Assembly (NCBI GenBank): GCA_000708835.1
Contig: DF237398.1
Location: 12,188 to 76,187, forward strand
Direction: 5' to 3'
Length of the DNA: 64,000 nt
From: Klebsormidium nitens
Taxonomy: Eukaryota; Plantae; Klebsormidiophyceae
The notes beneath the pieces were generated by a model. It was not told where the DNA came from and did not search any database. It saw only the letters and a program-made list of their open reading frames with translations. The position numbers and the translations under genes were made by a program. Below are positions 1 through 11,855 of this stretch, one piece after another (within the stretch, counting starts at the first letter, position 1; every line of letters begins with the position of its first letter).

Positions 1-148
1 CCTTTATTGAAGGGATTCCAAATCGCATCACGCCTGTTGCGGTCGTGCTGCCTGATTGAAAAGGAGCTGACTTTTTAATCTGCTTGTGTAATGGTGAAAT
101 TCATTCCTCCGAGTCTGATTTCATGTGTTTTCGGATTGTGTTTTTCAG

Positions 149-3100
149 GCGGTGCGGAGGACGAAGATGGCGCCGGGTCCCTTGCAAGCGAACGAAATGC
201 TGGTAAGCGTGGCATTTTAATGAGTTGTGCGCACACTTCCGGAATTGGTGCGCTTGTGGGGCGTCGGAGGCTCTAGTCGGTGCGGTTTTGAGTCAAGTCC
301 TCGTCAGCTATAAGAATCGCAAGGTATACCTGCTCTTCACGATTCGTCACCAACAAATGGCACGGGTAAGGCTGGTAGACAATGCATACCAATATCGGGA
401 TGCGAAATTTCAAGGCACAGAGATAGGCATCGACGCTTCACGCCACGCGTCCTTGAGAATACTAATTCGACGTAGATACACATCGTTCTTCTTGTTTGGA
501 GTGTATCTGCAACCCTCTTTGCGTAGGATCGGTGCAAGTGAATCATGTTGGCCTGTGCTAGTATCATAGCCAGTTGAGCCTTGGATCTTGCTCCCGTCGT
601 TCTCATCTGTTGCCGGTTTGCACAGGTTCTGAACCACCGCCCTCCTCCGCCCCCTCCCCACCTCCCTCCACAAGCGACCGCGCCACTCCTCCCAACCCTC
701 ACCCTCCTGTACAAACTCCACACTCTGACGTCAGCCCGACGTCAGCCTCGTCGTCCTCCAGTGAGCGCACCCGGCCAACCCCTTCCCCGGCGGCGCCGCC
801 CCTGCCCAACGACCCCCCTTCCGTTGCCGCTGCCTCTAGTCCACCCCCGGGCGCAACAACGGAAACGACAGGCCGGGCTCCAGGACTCGGTAGAGATGCC
901 GCGTCCGGTAGTCAGAGGTCTCTGTCGCCGCCTCCCGCGCCACCCCCGCCGCCCCCGCCGCCGCCGAAAGGGGAACCCTCGCCCCCAGTTCCAGCCATCG
1001 GTAAGCGGACTGTGTAAATCTTTCGTCTCCCGTCAGGGAAGCACCAAGTATGTGCACGTACTCTCACGCCGAGGTTCCATGCTTTTTCCATGCGGACAAG
1101 TACTTCTGTTCTGGTTCTTGGGGTGGCGCTGTGAATTTAAATTTTGTAGATTTTCGAGCGTGAATATTATCGTTAAGTCACTCCTATTTTTGCTGTGCGC
1201 CTTTGGCAGCTGGCGATTCCGCCCGACAAGCGCTGCTGGCGTCCATCCGGAGCCCCGGCGTCCGGTTACGGAAGGTGAGACTGTCCCTGGCAGGCAGCCA
1301 CGTCCAAGTTACTGTGAAGATCCTGATCTAATCTTACACCCTTCCGTGAGGCGCTTCCCAACACTCACGCCGTTCAAAGGGAAAGACTAGATACCGAGCC
1401 TCATGATCGTAATCAAGCCGCTCTTTCAGTTGTGGTCAGTCACCGGCAATTACGGACGAATTGAGAAGGCCGGCAATCTTTGTACAGGTTTCCGACGACC
1501 GATCCCGTACACCCAGCCCCCGCAGGGAGATGATGGCCGCACTGAAAGTGAGCTCCTGTGTCCCTGTTTCGCGCCATATTGGTGCCGACCGAAGAACAGC
1601 ACAGCCGGTTTCGGTACTAGCAGAAGTAGGCCGGTAACCTGGGGGATTAGAAACTAAAGTAGACTGCCAAGGTGTTTAAAGTGGACATGCGGCCAACGTT
1701 CGATCCCTCACGTGCACGAGTTGGCGCACGAGTCACTCTCGGCAGATATGAGGGGCTTGGGCCCCGTTCTCAATTCTCGTGACTTAGACCTCGAAGAGGT
1801 CGGTTGCATCCTAGAAGCAGCTGCTCTCTACCGCTATATCTAGCGCTGTAGTTCTAAAGAGGCTCTTAAAAGAATCGGGCATGCTTAAGTCAATTCGTGA
1901 GTCCCGGCGATCGTTGCAGGATGCACCTGGAAGTGAAGGAGCAGGCACTCGAGGGCGTAGCGCGAGCTCGCCGCCTCCGATGGTAAGCCCTCGCCAATTA
2001 GGTTCCTTGTTTCTCAGGCAGATTTCGACCATCACGCATAATAATCTGGGCAGCAGACGCAGGTCGGACTGGCCGTTACAAGTTTTAACTTCAGTCAGAC
2101 TTGGATCAGAAGACTGTTGGCACACGCAGTTTGCATTGGCGATTGCATTGATCGAGCAGTGGTGCATAGCTGACGTCAGAGCGTTTCGAAACTGCACTGA
2201 AACCACGTGGGCTGCGTGCAGGGGGATATGTTTGCGGAGATGGCCAGCCACTTGATGAGCCGGCGGCTGTCCATGAAGGGCGGCCTGCAAAGCGCTGGTA
2301 AAGAGGTGAGAGGTCGCCCGATCTTGATACGCTATGTGCAGATAAGAGGCCCGAAAGAGGAGAACGCAAGCTGGTCACAGTGCGAGACTGATCAGGGGTT
2401 GCACAGGGCGTGCGAAAGGGTTCGGAGATCCAGAGTGAACGATCTGGAGGTGTTCTGATGAGTGCCATAGCCTGGACGCAATTGAAATCGTTATGTTTGG
2501 AGCTCGTTTGACTTGATTGTAAAGCCGTCGAGCTGAATCTGCCAACGGGATACGCGATCGTGAACCCAGTAAAGGTCTCGCCTTCTTCGAACTTGAGTGC
2601 CCATGGAAAGTTTCTTGACCCCTTTCTGCTTCATGATAAAGCTTACTTACTTCGCTGCAGGTGGAGAGAGGTGCAACGGAGACAGCCGTTCGATTTGCGA
2701 GTCCGCCTCGCCATGTGGAACCCTCACCGTGAGTTGTAGCGTGATCTTTGCTCGTGTGTCGTCCCTTCGACGGCAGAAAATGTAAGGTGGTTCTCTTTAT
2801 CGACGGGGTGACATGGTGGGACAACAATCTTCCACGTACATCGCTCCAGAAAAAGCAAACTCAAGATGCACGGGTGAAGTGTACAGAAGGGCGGCTAGAT
2901 TTGCTCATGGAATACTGTTGACTGAAGTTGTTTGTCCTCCGCTGTGATCGAAGTTCACTTTGAGTACAATCAAATTCCAAACCCCAAGCATCAAACATCA
3001 AGCTTTGTGTGAATTCTTTTGAACTTTGACGTCCCTTTGTGCAGGCAACCGCTACCTGTGAAGGTAAGGACTTGCGGAATCGCACATGGTCTGCGATGTT

Positions 3101-3352
3101 GGTGTGCTCGATTCCCGCCTTGTTGTCTTGGCATTGGCATTTTCATAGTTCTCGAGTGTGCATCGAAAGTGGTCGGTTCTGCACATCGACCCTCTTAAGC
3201 CTCACAAGACGAATGCTTGAACGGCAAAATGGGATTGTGAATTTGTAGTTTCTCTTTTCTTGCAGACCCCAGCTCTTGCGGCGCTCGTCGCTCAAAGGAG
3301 TACGAGAAAGTCTATAGAGAGCGACGAAGAAGATGATGAATGGGACGACTGA
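149..3352 (+). CDS. WASH1: WASH-like (WASP-family) actin nucleation-promoting factor, 3' part; 5' end lies outside the window
   Basis: Phase-consistent GT-AG exons 149-202, 626-1000, 1210-1274, 1488-1547, 1920-1982, 2222-2305, 2661-2728, 3045-3063, 3266-3352. Spliced product: Pro-rich region (PPAPPPPPPPPP), WH2 motif ARQALLASIRSPGVRLRKV, central helix GDMFAEMASHLMSRRLSMKG (resembles the WASH C-region xDLMSDLFNKLVMRRKGISG as recalled), acidic end ESDEEDDEWDD-stop with the conserved Trp. WASP-family call is strong; WASH versus other subfamilies is less certain. Confidence 0.8.
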
Positions 3353-4196
3353 AAACTGCGGTTTCATACAGATCATTGCGCAAGCTACCAGTTTAGGGCT
3401 ACTTGGCTCCATAACTCTTATGTATATATGTCGAACCACATCGTAAAGTCTTCATTGCCATTGGTAGGCAACGTAGCTGATGATATACAGACTACAACGG
3501 TGGTACCAAGTGTTTGCCAATGCTTCAATGATGCAAACTGGTGACTTTGTTGAATGGACAAGGCGTGCTTGAGTAATCACATTTGCAGCGAGCACCATGC
3601 TGCTTGAACATGCTGCAGTAAATGCATAAGTTGGTTTCCTCCAGTAATGATTGCGCACATGTACATGACACGTGAGAAGGATGCAGGCGGTACCTCAAAC
3701 GGCTTAATCCCAACCGCTTTTCGATTTGCACCGGTCCCGAACCACCTCGAACCGGCTGCAATGGAGGGGGGATTTTCCCATATTGCGCCCGGCTTAAGAA
3801 AGCGGGGCAAATTGTTGAACTGGCTCCTCCCGGTAGCCCATACGACTTGGTATCTGCAAGAGCAACAGCAAGATCCCTCTGTCAGAGGCGGTGCAAAGAA
3901 AATATCAGGGAAAGCGGATCAGGTGAAGAGGGCGCCTCTGGCAGGCAGCAGCTCTGGGCTTGTCAGAGCTGAGGACATTGCTTTGCGCTCCTAGAAAGAC
4001 AGGTTTTCCAGTGTACGCATCGTTGCGCTGAGGAGCTTTGATTGAAGATTTTAGATTGGTGCAGGCTGTTCCAATCCAGATCCGCCAGCTGACAGATCGA
4101 AAGCTGTTTCGGATCAGATCTGTGTAGCTTTGGAAGCTCAGAGAGAGCCGGTGGCAGATCAGGGAAGATTTTCATCTTGAGAGAGGAGGTGCGGCC

Positions 4197-7100
4197 ATGG
4201 GGGGCGACAACACCCCTCTGTCAAACACCCTGGCCTCGGTCCTGGACAACCTTTCGACCACTAGCTCTGGTACGCTGTTTGGTATTGTGGCTGCCACGGG
4301 CATTGTTGCTGCCACTGGTTTTGCGCTCACATTCGGGCAGGCAGAGGTTAAAGGGAAGGCTGCAACTGAGCTTTTGAAGGGGACGTCCCTAAGGGAAGAT
4401 GAGGTGAAGGAGCACTGGGAGGAGTACGACAAGTATTTCCAGCAGAATGCAGGCGAGGGTGTGGACGAGAAGCAGAAGGCGCCAAAGCTGGTTGATACCT
4501 TCTACAACCTTGTGACAGGTAGGTAATTGTTCGTGTTTACCGTCCTGTTGATGTGCAAAGAGCGAATTAGGATGGATCTGAGTTTCAGATAGCATAGGCA
4601 TACCAGTTTTGATTGTTTTTGAGATCTGATGTGGAGAGGAGGCAATGGCTGGTGCAAGTCTGCGAGTATTACACACAATCTCTAAGATTGCTCCGCTTGG
4701 TTGGCATCAGCATGGCAATGCTCTTCCGTCTGCCAGCTATGTTAGAAGGCGCTTGCATTTGTCATGATGCAAGTCTTAGTCAGTCAAGAAGTCTGGCGTT
4801 GATTGGTGGTTGGCCTGGCTCATTGCTTTTGGAGCAAAGACGGCCTTGTGGTCTGGAAAATTAGAAGGCAAGTGACTCTGTCTGGATAAGTAGACAGACA
4901 CTGATCCTACTCAAGTCCTGCATCTGACAGATATTTACGAGTGGGGCTGGGGCCAGAGCTTCCACTTCTCTCCAGCCATTCCGGGGAAGAGCCATAAAGA
5001 TGCCACTCGTGCTCATGAGACCATGATTGCTGATCTGCTGGAGCTCAAGCCAGGCCAGAAGGTGTTGGATGTTGGGTGCGGGGTGGGAGGTCCGATGCGT
5101 GCCGTTGCATCCTACTCTCAGGCGCACGTCACAGGGATCACAATCAATGACTATCAGGTGAATACAGTGCGCCAAGGACACGCCTTCTGATGCCAAACTC
5201 TGCGGGTTGCTTTGCGTGGGTTCTGGTTGGCCTAAAATCATGTCAAGGCACTTCTGAGAGGTAGTATCTATGCAATGTGTTGCTTCTGCCCGGACCTTTT
5301 GTTCGGGCCTTAATTGCAATCAAGATGAGCCCTGCGGTACCTTTCAATCATTTGGTTGAGCTGGGGCCCCACTTTTTCAACAGAACCCTAATGCACTTCG
5401 CTTCACTGGTGGATGGTCTCAGATCTGAGGCACTAAACTGTCTTGCACTTAGAGGACATTGTTCCGGACCATCAATTGCGACCTAGGAATTTTTGAACAG
5501 GCGATTGCTGGCTGGTAGTCTTGCTGCTACATTCTGTATTCAAAGAGGCCCCTTTTCACCATGTTCAACAGTAGCCACAACCTTCCTGAATCTACCTTGT
5601 CACCGTTGGCAGCATCAACCAATTGGATCGATCCTGACACGCTGGAGCACAATTGGGTGGTTGCTTGTCACCTGGTAAAATAATGCACCTTCTGGGAGGG
5701 TGTTCGATGTCACCTGGAAACGCAGTGCACTTCAACCAGCTTTTCCGCTTTCTTGCGTTGCAAGCAGGGACCAAGGAGTATTTCTGCCGGCCAGGGGGTC
5801 TACGACCTGCCCCCTGGAGAACTGTGGCCAAGCAATCCCAGTGGCGCGGCCCCTCAAATCAAGTCCTGTGTGCATTGGCCAAGCTTTCGATTGCTAGAAT
5901 CAGGCCAACCGTCAATTGCCAACTGACTGCAGGTTAAGCGGGCGCTGCACCACAACGAAAAGGCGGGGCTCAAGGACCTGTGCACAGTGGTTCAGGGGAA
6001 TTTCCTGCACATGCCGTTCGAGAAGGAGAGCTTTGACGCCGCCTATTCGTGCGAGGCCACCTGCCACGCCCCAAAGCTGACCGACGTGTACAAGGAGATC
6101 TTCGGGTAAGGTGCCAGGAGTGAATCAGGCAGCTCATTGTTGTTCAAGCTCCAGCATGTGGCTGGTCACAATTTGATTATTTTGATTCCTGGAATCTGAG
6201 GTGTTGAGATTGGCTCTCATATGGTCCTAGCAACAGCGCTCGGCTTATCTTGATGTAAGCAGCAAAACTGCGATTCGGTTACCCATCACTGGCCCGCTGT
6301 ACATATCATAAACTGCTCGAGCTTGGACTCAGTGTTGAGGCATAATGTACAGGCCTCGAAGATGGTTATGGCTGTTGGTCCCAAGCATGTCACTGAGATT
6401 GGTAACCAGGCACACATGGCTTCTCTGAAACCACACTTGACAGTATTGTTTCTCCAGAGTCACCCGAAGTTATTGTTTGATCCATACTCAGTATAAAGTC
6501 TGTGGACTCTGTCCGGTGACCCTTTGGCCAATCAATGACCAGCTTGTCCTCGCAAAATCTGTGTCTATTACTCATCAAAGACTCCCAGCCTGACCAAGGT
6601 TTCAGTCCGCTTCCTTAACCAGACCCCCTCATGGTGGCGCTCGCTAGCTTTACAAAAGCTATCCATCTTATGTACTCCTAAAGCTCATCTGCTCCTGCAA
6701 ATCTTCCCCTGTTACACAGGATACTAAAGGTTGGAACGCTGTTCTTGTCACAGGCTTCGATGGGAGCGCTGACGTCCTTTTTCGACACCAATCTATGTTC
6801 TTTTGTTCCGATGCTGATGTCCCCGTTCCAAGTTGTGCTCCTGCAAGACGCGGAATAAGTGGGAGTATACTTCTTCAAGACTCTTTCCTCTCAATGGCGC
6901 TCTTCTTTGCTCGTGCTGACGTTATCTTTCCCCCTGCAGGATGCTCAAGCCTGGTGGCCTCTACGTCTCATACGAGTGGGTCAAGACCCCCAAGTACGAC
7001 AAGCTGAACCCCGAGCACGTGCGCATCGTGGACGCGATCTGCTACGGCGACGCGCTTCCCGAGATGCGCACGTACCTGGAGATCGTGGATGCTGCGAAGG

Positions 7101-7892
7101 AGGTCGGCTTCGAGGTGGTGGAAGAGAGGGACCTTGCCCTGCCCCCCGCGGGGCCGTGGTGGAAGCGGCTCAAGATGGGGCGCCTCGCATACTACAGGTG
7201 CGGACGACAGTAGGGCCGCCGCTGGAGCTGCTGTTGCTGAGTTTTGAGCGGAAATGTTTTTGTGAAAGTCGGCCCTCGGCAGACTTCGCTGTCTAGAAGC
7301 TTCTGGGCTTGTTTTGGTATATATCTGCTGAAGACACTGCGGCTGCATAGGGGGAATGGTGTTGGATGTCTCCCTCTGGACTCCACTTCCCTTCCACATG
7401 GTTACTTGTCTGCTCGGGCTGATGGGGCTTGTATCGAAACCTGCCTGTCGTAGATTCGATTGCAAAGTCGAGACTGCTCCAGGAATTGGTAGGTACGGTC
7501 GTTGTGGCAGTCTGAATCATAAGACTGCCATTCGAAAGCAACAGTCTAGGGTCTGTCCGGTACTTGAGAGCATCCAGACAATGCGCTCTTCTCCTTTCCT
7601 TAGAAACCCTTGGACTTTAGATTATCTTTCACGTGTGACTGAGCAGAGAGTCTCTTTCCTCTATATCTCCGGCTGACTCGACCGTACGTCGTGCAGGAAC
7701 CACGTGATTGTGAGCATACTGTCCTTCCTTGGGCTGGCTCCCGCCGGCACGACCGAGGTCCATGAGATGCTCTACAAGACGGCAATCTCCCTGGTGGAGG
7801 GAGGCGAGACAGGGGTCTTCACCCCCATGCACCTATTGCTTTGCCGGAAGCCGGAGACACAAGAAACACCGGCGGTGGCTGCCTCGGCATAG
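4197..7892 (+). CDS. SMT2: Sterol C24-methyltransferase, SMT2 type (24-methylenesterol C-methyltransferase)
   Basis: Exons 4197-4518, 4931-5157, 5933-6105, 6940-7197, 7697-7892 join in frame. Motifs [22 protein letters not shown], SAM-binding LDVGCGVGGPMR, EATCHAP, YVSYEW, PWWKRLKMGRLAY, GGETGVFTPMH and an N-terminal hydrophobic anchor. [11 protein letters not shown] and the RLKMGR tail are SMT2 rather than SMT1 hallmarks. Confidence 0.93.
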
Positions 7893-9314
7893 ATTGTTGG
7901 GATTGCATTGGCGTGATATGTCCAATGTTTATGGACGCGGCGCACCGATCTGAAAGGCTTTATGTTGGGGACGTCAACTGGTGGACTGGGGCCATTGAGA
8001 AGGCAGTAGGTCAACTAATGTAGGGAATCGAGATAGGCCGGGTGATAGTTTGTAGGGTATTGTGTTGGCCGCATTTGATTGAGTTTCTTTTTTAGTACGA
8101 TTTACCTTAAAACGTACTTTCGGAATCCAGTGACAGGATCGCGGCAGAGGTTGGCAGGCCCCTCGTTACTTTGCAAAGAGATGTTGCCTATCATGAAGGC
8201 AGTTGGGGGCAAGAGCGGATTCTTATAGAACCATTGACTATTTGTCGAAGAACCAACTTCGCATAGAGGGGAAGAATAGGCTTATATCGCTGCCAGAGAG
8301 CACATCTAGATATTGCATGTGCATGCGAAACAAGCAGGGTTGTCCTTCAACGATGATCAAAAACCCCTTTGTTGGGCGGGCACTGTCCAAGTAGGCCTGG
8401 CTTTCTTGCGCCATTGAAGCGGGCTGTGCATCTTGCACAGCAGGTAAACGTCCGTGGGAATCAGCTCGGCGTTGGTGAAATAGCCTACTGCATTCCATGG
8501 TCAATCGCGACGGCGGCCTCAATTTTCACAATGCGCTTGCACAAAATCAACTCAAGATCAGAGCTTGCTTGCACGCACTCTGTTGCATGTGCATCATTAC
8601 ACATCGATGATGGAGATCGAACGTGCATGTGCGCGTGCGTGATACTAGTACATGCATAAGCGTACGCATGCATGTTTAATATACATCTAGAGAGCTGGTC
8701 ATGCATACCAACATTGCATGTAAGTTCAACCATGTGTATAGCTCGTGGCGCGCGTTTTCCGATGTGCACTTGGGTCAGGCTCGCTAGCTGCCACCAACGA
8801 TGGCCAGATCATGGATGGCTGTCGATCATATCCAAATGATCGTCCGCAAGGAGCTAGCCAGAATTGGCGATGATGCAGCTACTGCGCGTTGCCTCAGTGA
8901 GCTTATGCAAACGACGGAGAATGGAGCAGTCTGCATGGTCCATGCAAGCGCGTGGGTCTAGCTTTAGACGTGCATTGTATTTTGATATGTACAGGATCCT
9001 TCGGATGTTTCTGATTACTGATTGTCCAGCTGTATAGAGGACAAGTCCCGCTTTGCATGGAGCTTACTAAAGACCCGCCCTGCAACTAATTGTCGACTTG
9101 TCTGTACAACAAGCAAAAGACTGAGCCGCGTTTAATGAATATGATGTCAAGAGTCAAGCGTGGCGACCGTAAAAGCTGAATTCCTTCCCGATAAAGGTTG
9201 CCCGGTGAGCTTCCAGCCATGCAATCCAGGGACTCTCAATTCTGGGAAGCAGAATTAACCTCAAATTCGGATAATTGCGTGCGCATGACTGAGCTATACC
9301 CAGATCGAAGCCAT

Positions 9315-10581
9315 CTAGCACGTGTGCCATACGTTTGCTGTTCGGAAAGCGACAATTCTCTCAACATACACTTCTTCGTGCGCCAGCTTATGGGGGTTCT
9401 TTTTGTCAACGTATGTACAAGCGGTTGCTCTCAACGCAATAAGCACCCGAGGAGCGTGAAGAAGCTTGCTGCTGGCGGGAAACACGGCCACCTTCGCCTG
9501 CAAATGGACACGTCGAGTTGTAAATAGACACCTTGTTTTACTGATCAACATTATGCATCCAAGAAGAGACCCCTATCCGCACGTGTCGAAGTACTCGTGC
9601 TATACTCACTGCAAAGCTTTGATGTCACAGGTGGAAATCCATAGGTATGCATGAACGATCCAAGTCGCACAAGTGCTCGAAGTACGGAGTATTGGCTTGA
9701 CATGAGATGTTGCCATGTCCAGCAGATCGGCGACACGGAACTGCTTCGGTACGGCGACCATTGAGATGCAAACAAAACATTTCGAAGATCATTTTAGCGC
9801 ACAACGTCGAACGTACTGAACGCCCAGGGATGGGTACCGACCTCCCGCTCAGTCGCCCACGAAAAGAAGCAGCAGTCCATGGGGACCTTCCCCGGGGTAC
9901 CTCGCCTGGCGAGCACCTTGCAGCCCAGCCGGTACTCCGTTTCTCCGTCGAAAATGGAGACAAGCTTCCCATCAATGGCCGCTACTACCTGATAAGACAT
10001 CGGAATGGATCAACGGTCAAACTTATATTCGTGGGCGGATTAGCAAATGGACGGGTCCGCCTTTTGGCAGCTCATTAGATTGTTGACCAAAACTGAGTGT
10101 TTTTCGATTTAGTGTCGAGCTAAGATGGACCTTGAAATGATGTCAACGATGACGTCTGCTTTTGTCTGGCGGGCAGGCAAAGTAGGACCATTCTGAAACG
10201 CCGTGATGAAAGAAGCCAAATTTCATGAGCACACGAGGATCCGTAGGACTCAGACGTGTATCTGACAAGGAGCTGACTCGGTGATCTGCAACTGGAGCTG
10301 ATCAGATGCAATGCAGCTTTCCACTACATATGAATCCATTCGAAGGAGAAGAAATAGAAGCCAAAAGAATGCTTCTCAGAGGTGCTGTTGCAATCGAAAA
10401 GGAAAGCGACAGATTTTGAACGTACCTTGAAACAAGTGAGCGGCTCGTGGAGGGGGATTTTTCTCCACAGTTGTGGAGGAAATACAAAGCTGCTAGCCTG
10501 GCGCCGCTCATGAGAGCTACAACTTCTTCGATTCTCAAGCTCCTTCCCATGTGATGGGATACTGGGACTTTGACGGGCCAT
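9315..10581 (-). CDS. Uncharacterised protein, about 161 aa
   Basis: Minus-strand exons 10581-10426, 9988-9842, 9497-9315, all phase 0 with GT-AG junctions. Product includes CFKVVAAIDGKLVSIFDGETEYRLG...SWATEREAKVAVFPASSKLLHAPRVLIALR...KLAHEEV. Exons 2-3 are well supported; the first exon is less sure. Confidence 0.65.
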
Positions 10582-11043
10582 TGTAACACAATTCGGCCAC
10601 GAACTACGATCGTAGAGCTGTGGTCCAAGTCAACCGGAGTTACAACGGGCAAGCTACTGATTCAACCAGCTGCCCTTTTGGAATTATAGAGTATACCCTA
10701 CAGTTGAGCTTCGTCCCATTCACGAAAGCAAAAGTGGTGCTTGAACATCTTCCCGCTTTATCCTTATACGACGAACCAACCAGATGGGGTGATGTTCCTC
10801 ATTGGATTATGAGCAGGAACGCCCACTGTTATATACCGGTAAAGCCTGCGAGGAATGGGCGAGGAATCAGGTTGCAGCGCACCAGCAATTCTCACAACTT
10901 TTTGATCCGCCAACAGCTTGCTGCTAACAGCATTGACACGATGAGTGTCCGCTTCATGCAATATCTAGTAGCTGGACTACGAGTTCATATTGAAGCCTCA
11001 CCGCCCAGCTGGCCAGACTTGCTGTAACTTTGCCGTAGACCTC

Positions 11044-11086
11044 AGAGACAAGGAACTCATTGTAAGAGAGACAAGGAACTCATTGT
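11044..11086. repeat. 20-bp perfect direct repeat, period 23
   Basis: AGAGACAAGGAACTCATTGT at 11044-11063 and 11067-11086. Confidence 0.9.
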
Positions 11087-11855
11087 CTTATGCTCGAGTC
11101 CCTAATTTTGCTGTATCGATTCTTCACGGATTCGAGAATTGACCGCCCCCATGCAGCATCCAAGCAACTACACAAGCTGCGTTCTTCGTCGACGAGTCAC
11201 CGATTTGCCGCAAGCTGAAGCGTGCCCTCAGTCGTTGGATCGACATAGAGCTGATATCGGACGGTTTCAAGCACCTCCGAATGTATCAGCGCGCGCGATG
11301 AATGCTAGCTAGTGGACCCCCGCTTAGATCATGCATTATGTGCATTTTGCTATATAGCCTTAGGTATGCTACAGCCTCAGGAAGCGCACTGATACTGGAA
11401 GTTAGTGCATGGTGCCAAAATCGGATGATGCACCGGCCTGCTCAAAGACCGATGTGCAGGCTCACGCCTGTGCAGGAATGCCCGCCGACCTTTACGTTTC
11501 ACGTGACCACGAACCGCAGTCCTGAGCACAATTGTGTGCCAGAAAGCCTAGGCAAGCAAGGCTGGGCAGCAGAGTCCAGGCGCTAGGTTTCATGGTGGCC
11601 AAGTACGGAGCTCAGCTTGAGAGCTCATTTCTGTGGAAGCTTGAAGTTGGAGTCTGATGTTAAGTCCAGGAGAACAACCTTAGAGTCGCTGCCAGCTGGC
11701 AAACCTAGGGAAATTCCTAGTGATTGCTCAGCTGCACAGTATGCCGTCAACAGTGCTCTGATCGCCCTTAACAGATTTATTTCCTTCAGCTCCAATATTC
11801 ACCTTCGAGAGTCAGCAAAATGGTCGTCATTCTGGTGACCCCAGGCCAGGCCCGC

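Noticed and set aside
91-3085. Many 60-270 aa ORFs on both strands
   Set aside because: They are alternative-frame or antisense shadows of the WASH-like exons and introns; only the spliced model gives recognisable motifs.
3647-3994. 115-aa ORF between WASH-like and SMT2
   Set aside because: No ATG start, motif or splice support; probably UTR or intergenic sequence.
8560-8760. TGCA/CATG-rich alternating purine-pyrimidine stretch (similar at about 55690-55990)
   Set aside because: No defined repeat unit; looks like ordinary low-complexity 3' flanking sequence.
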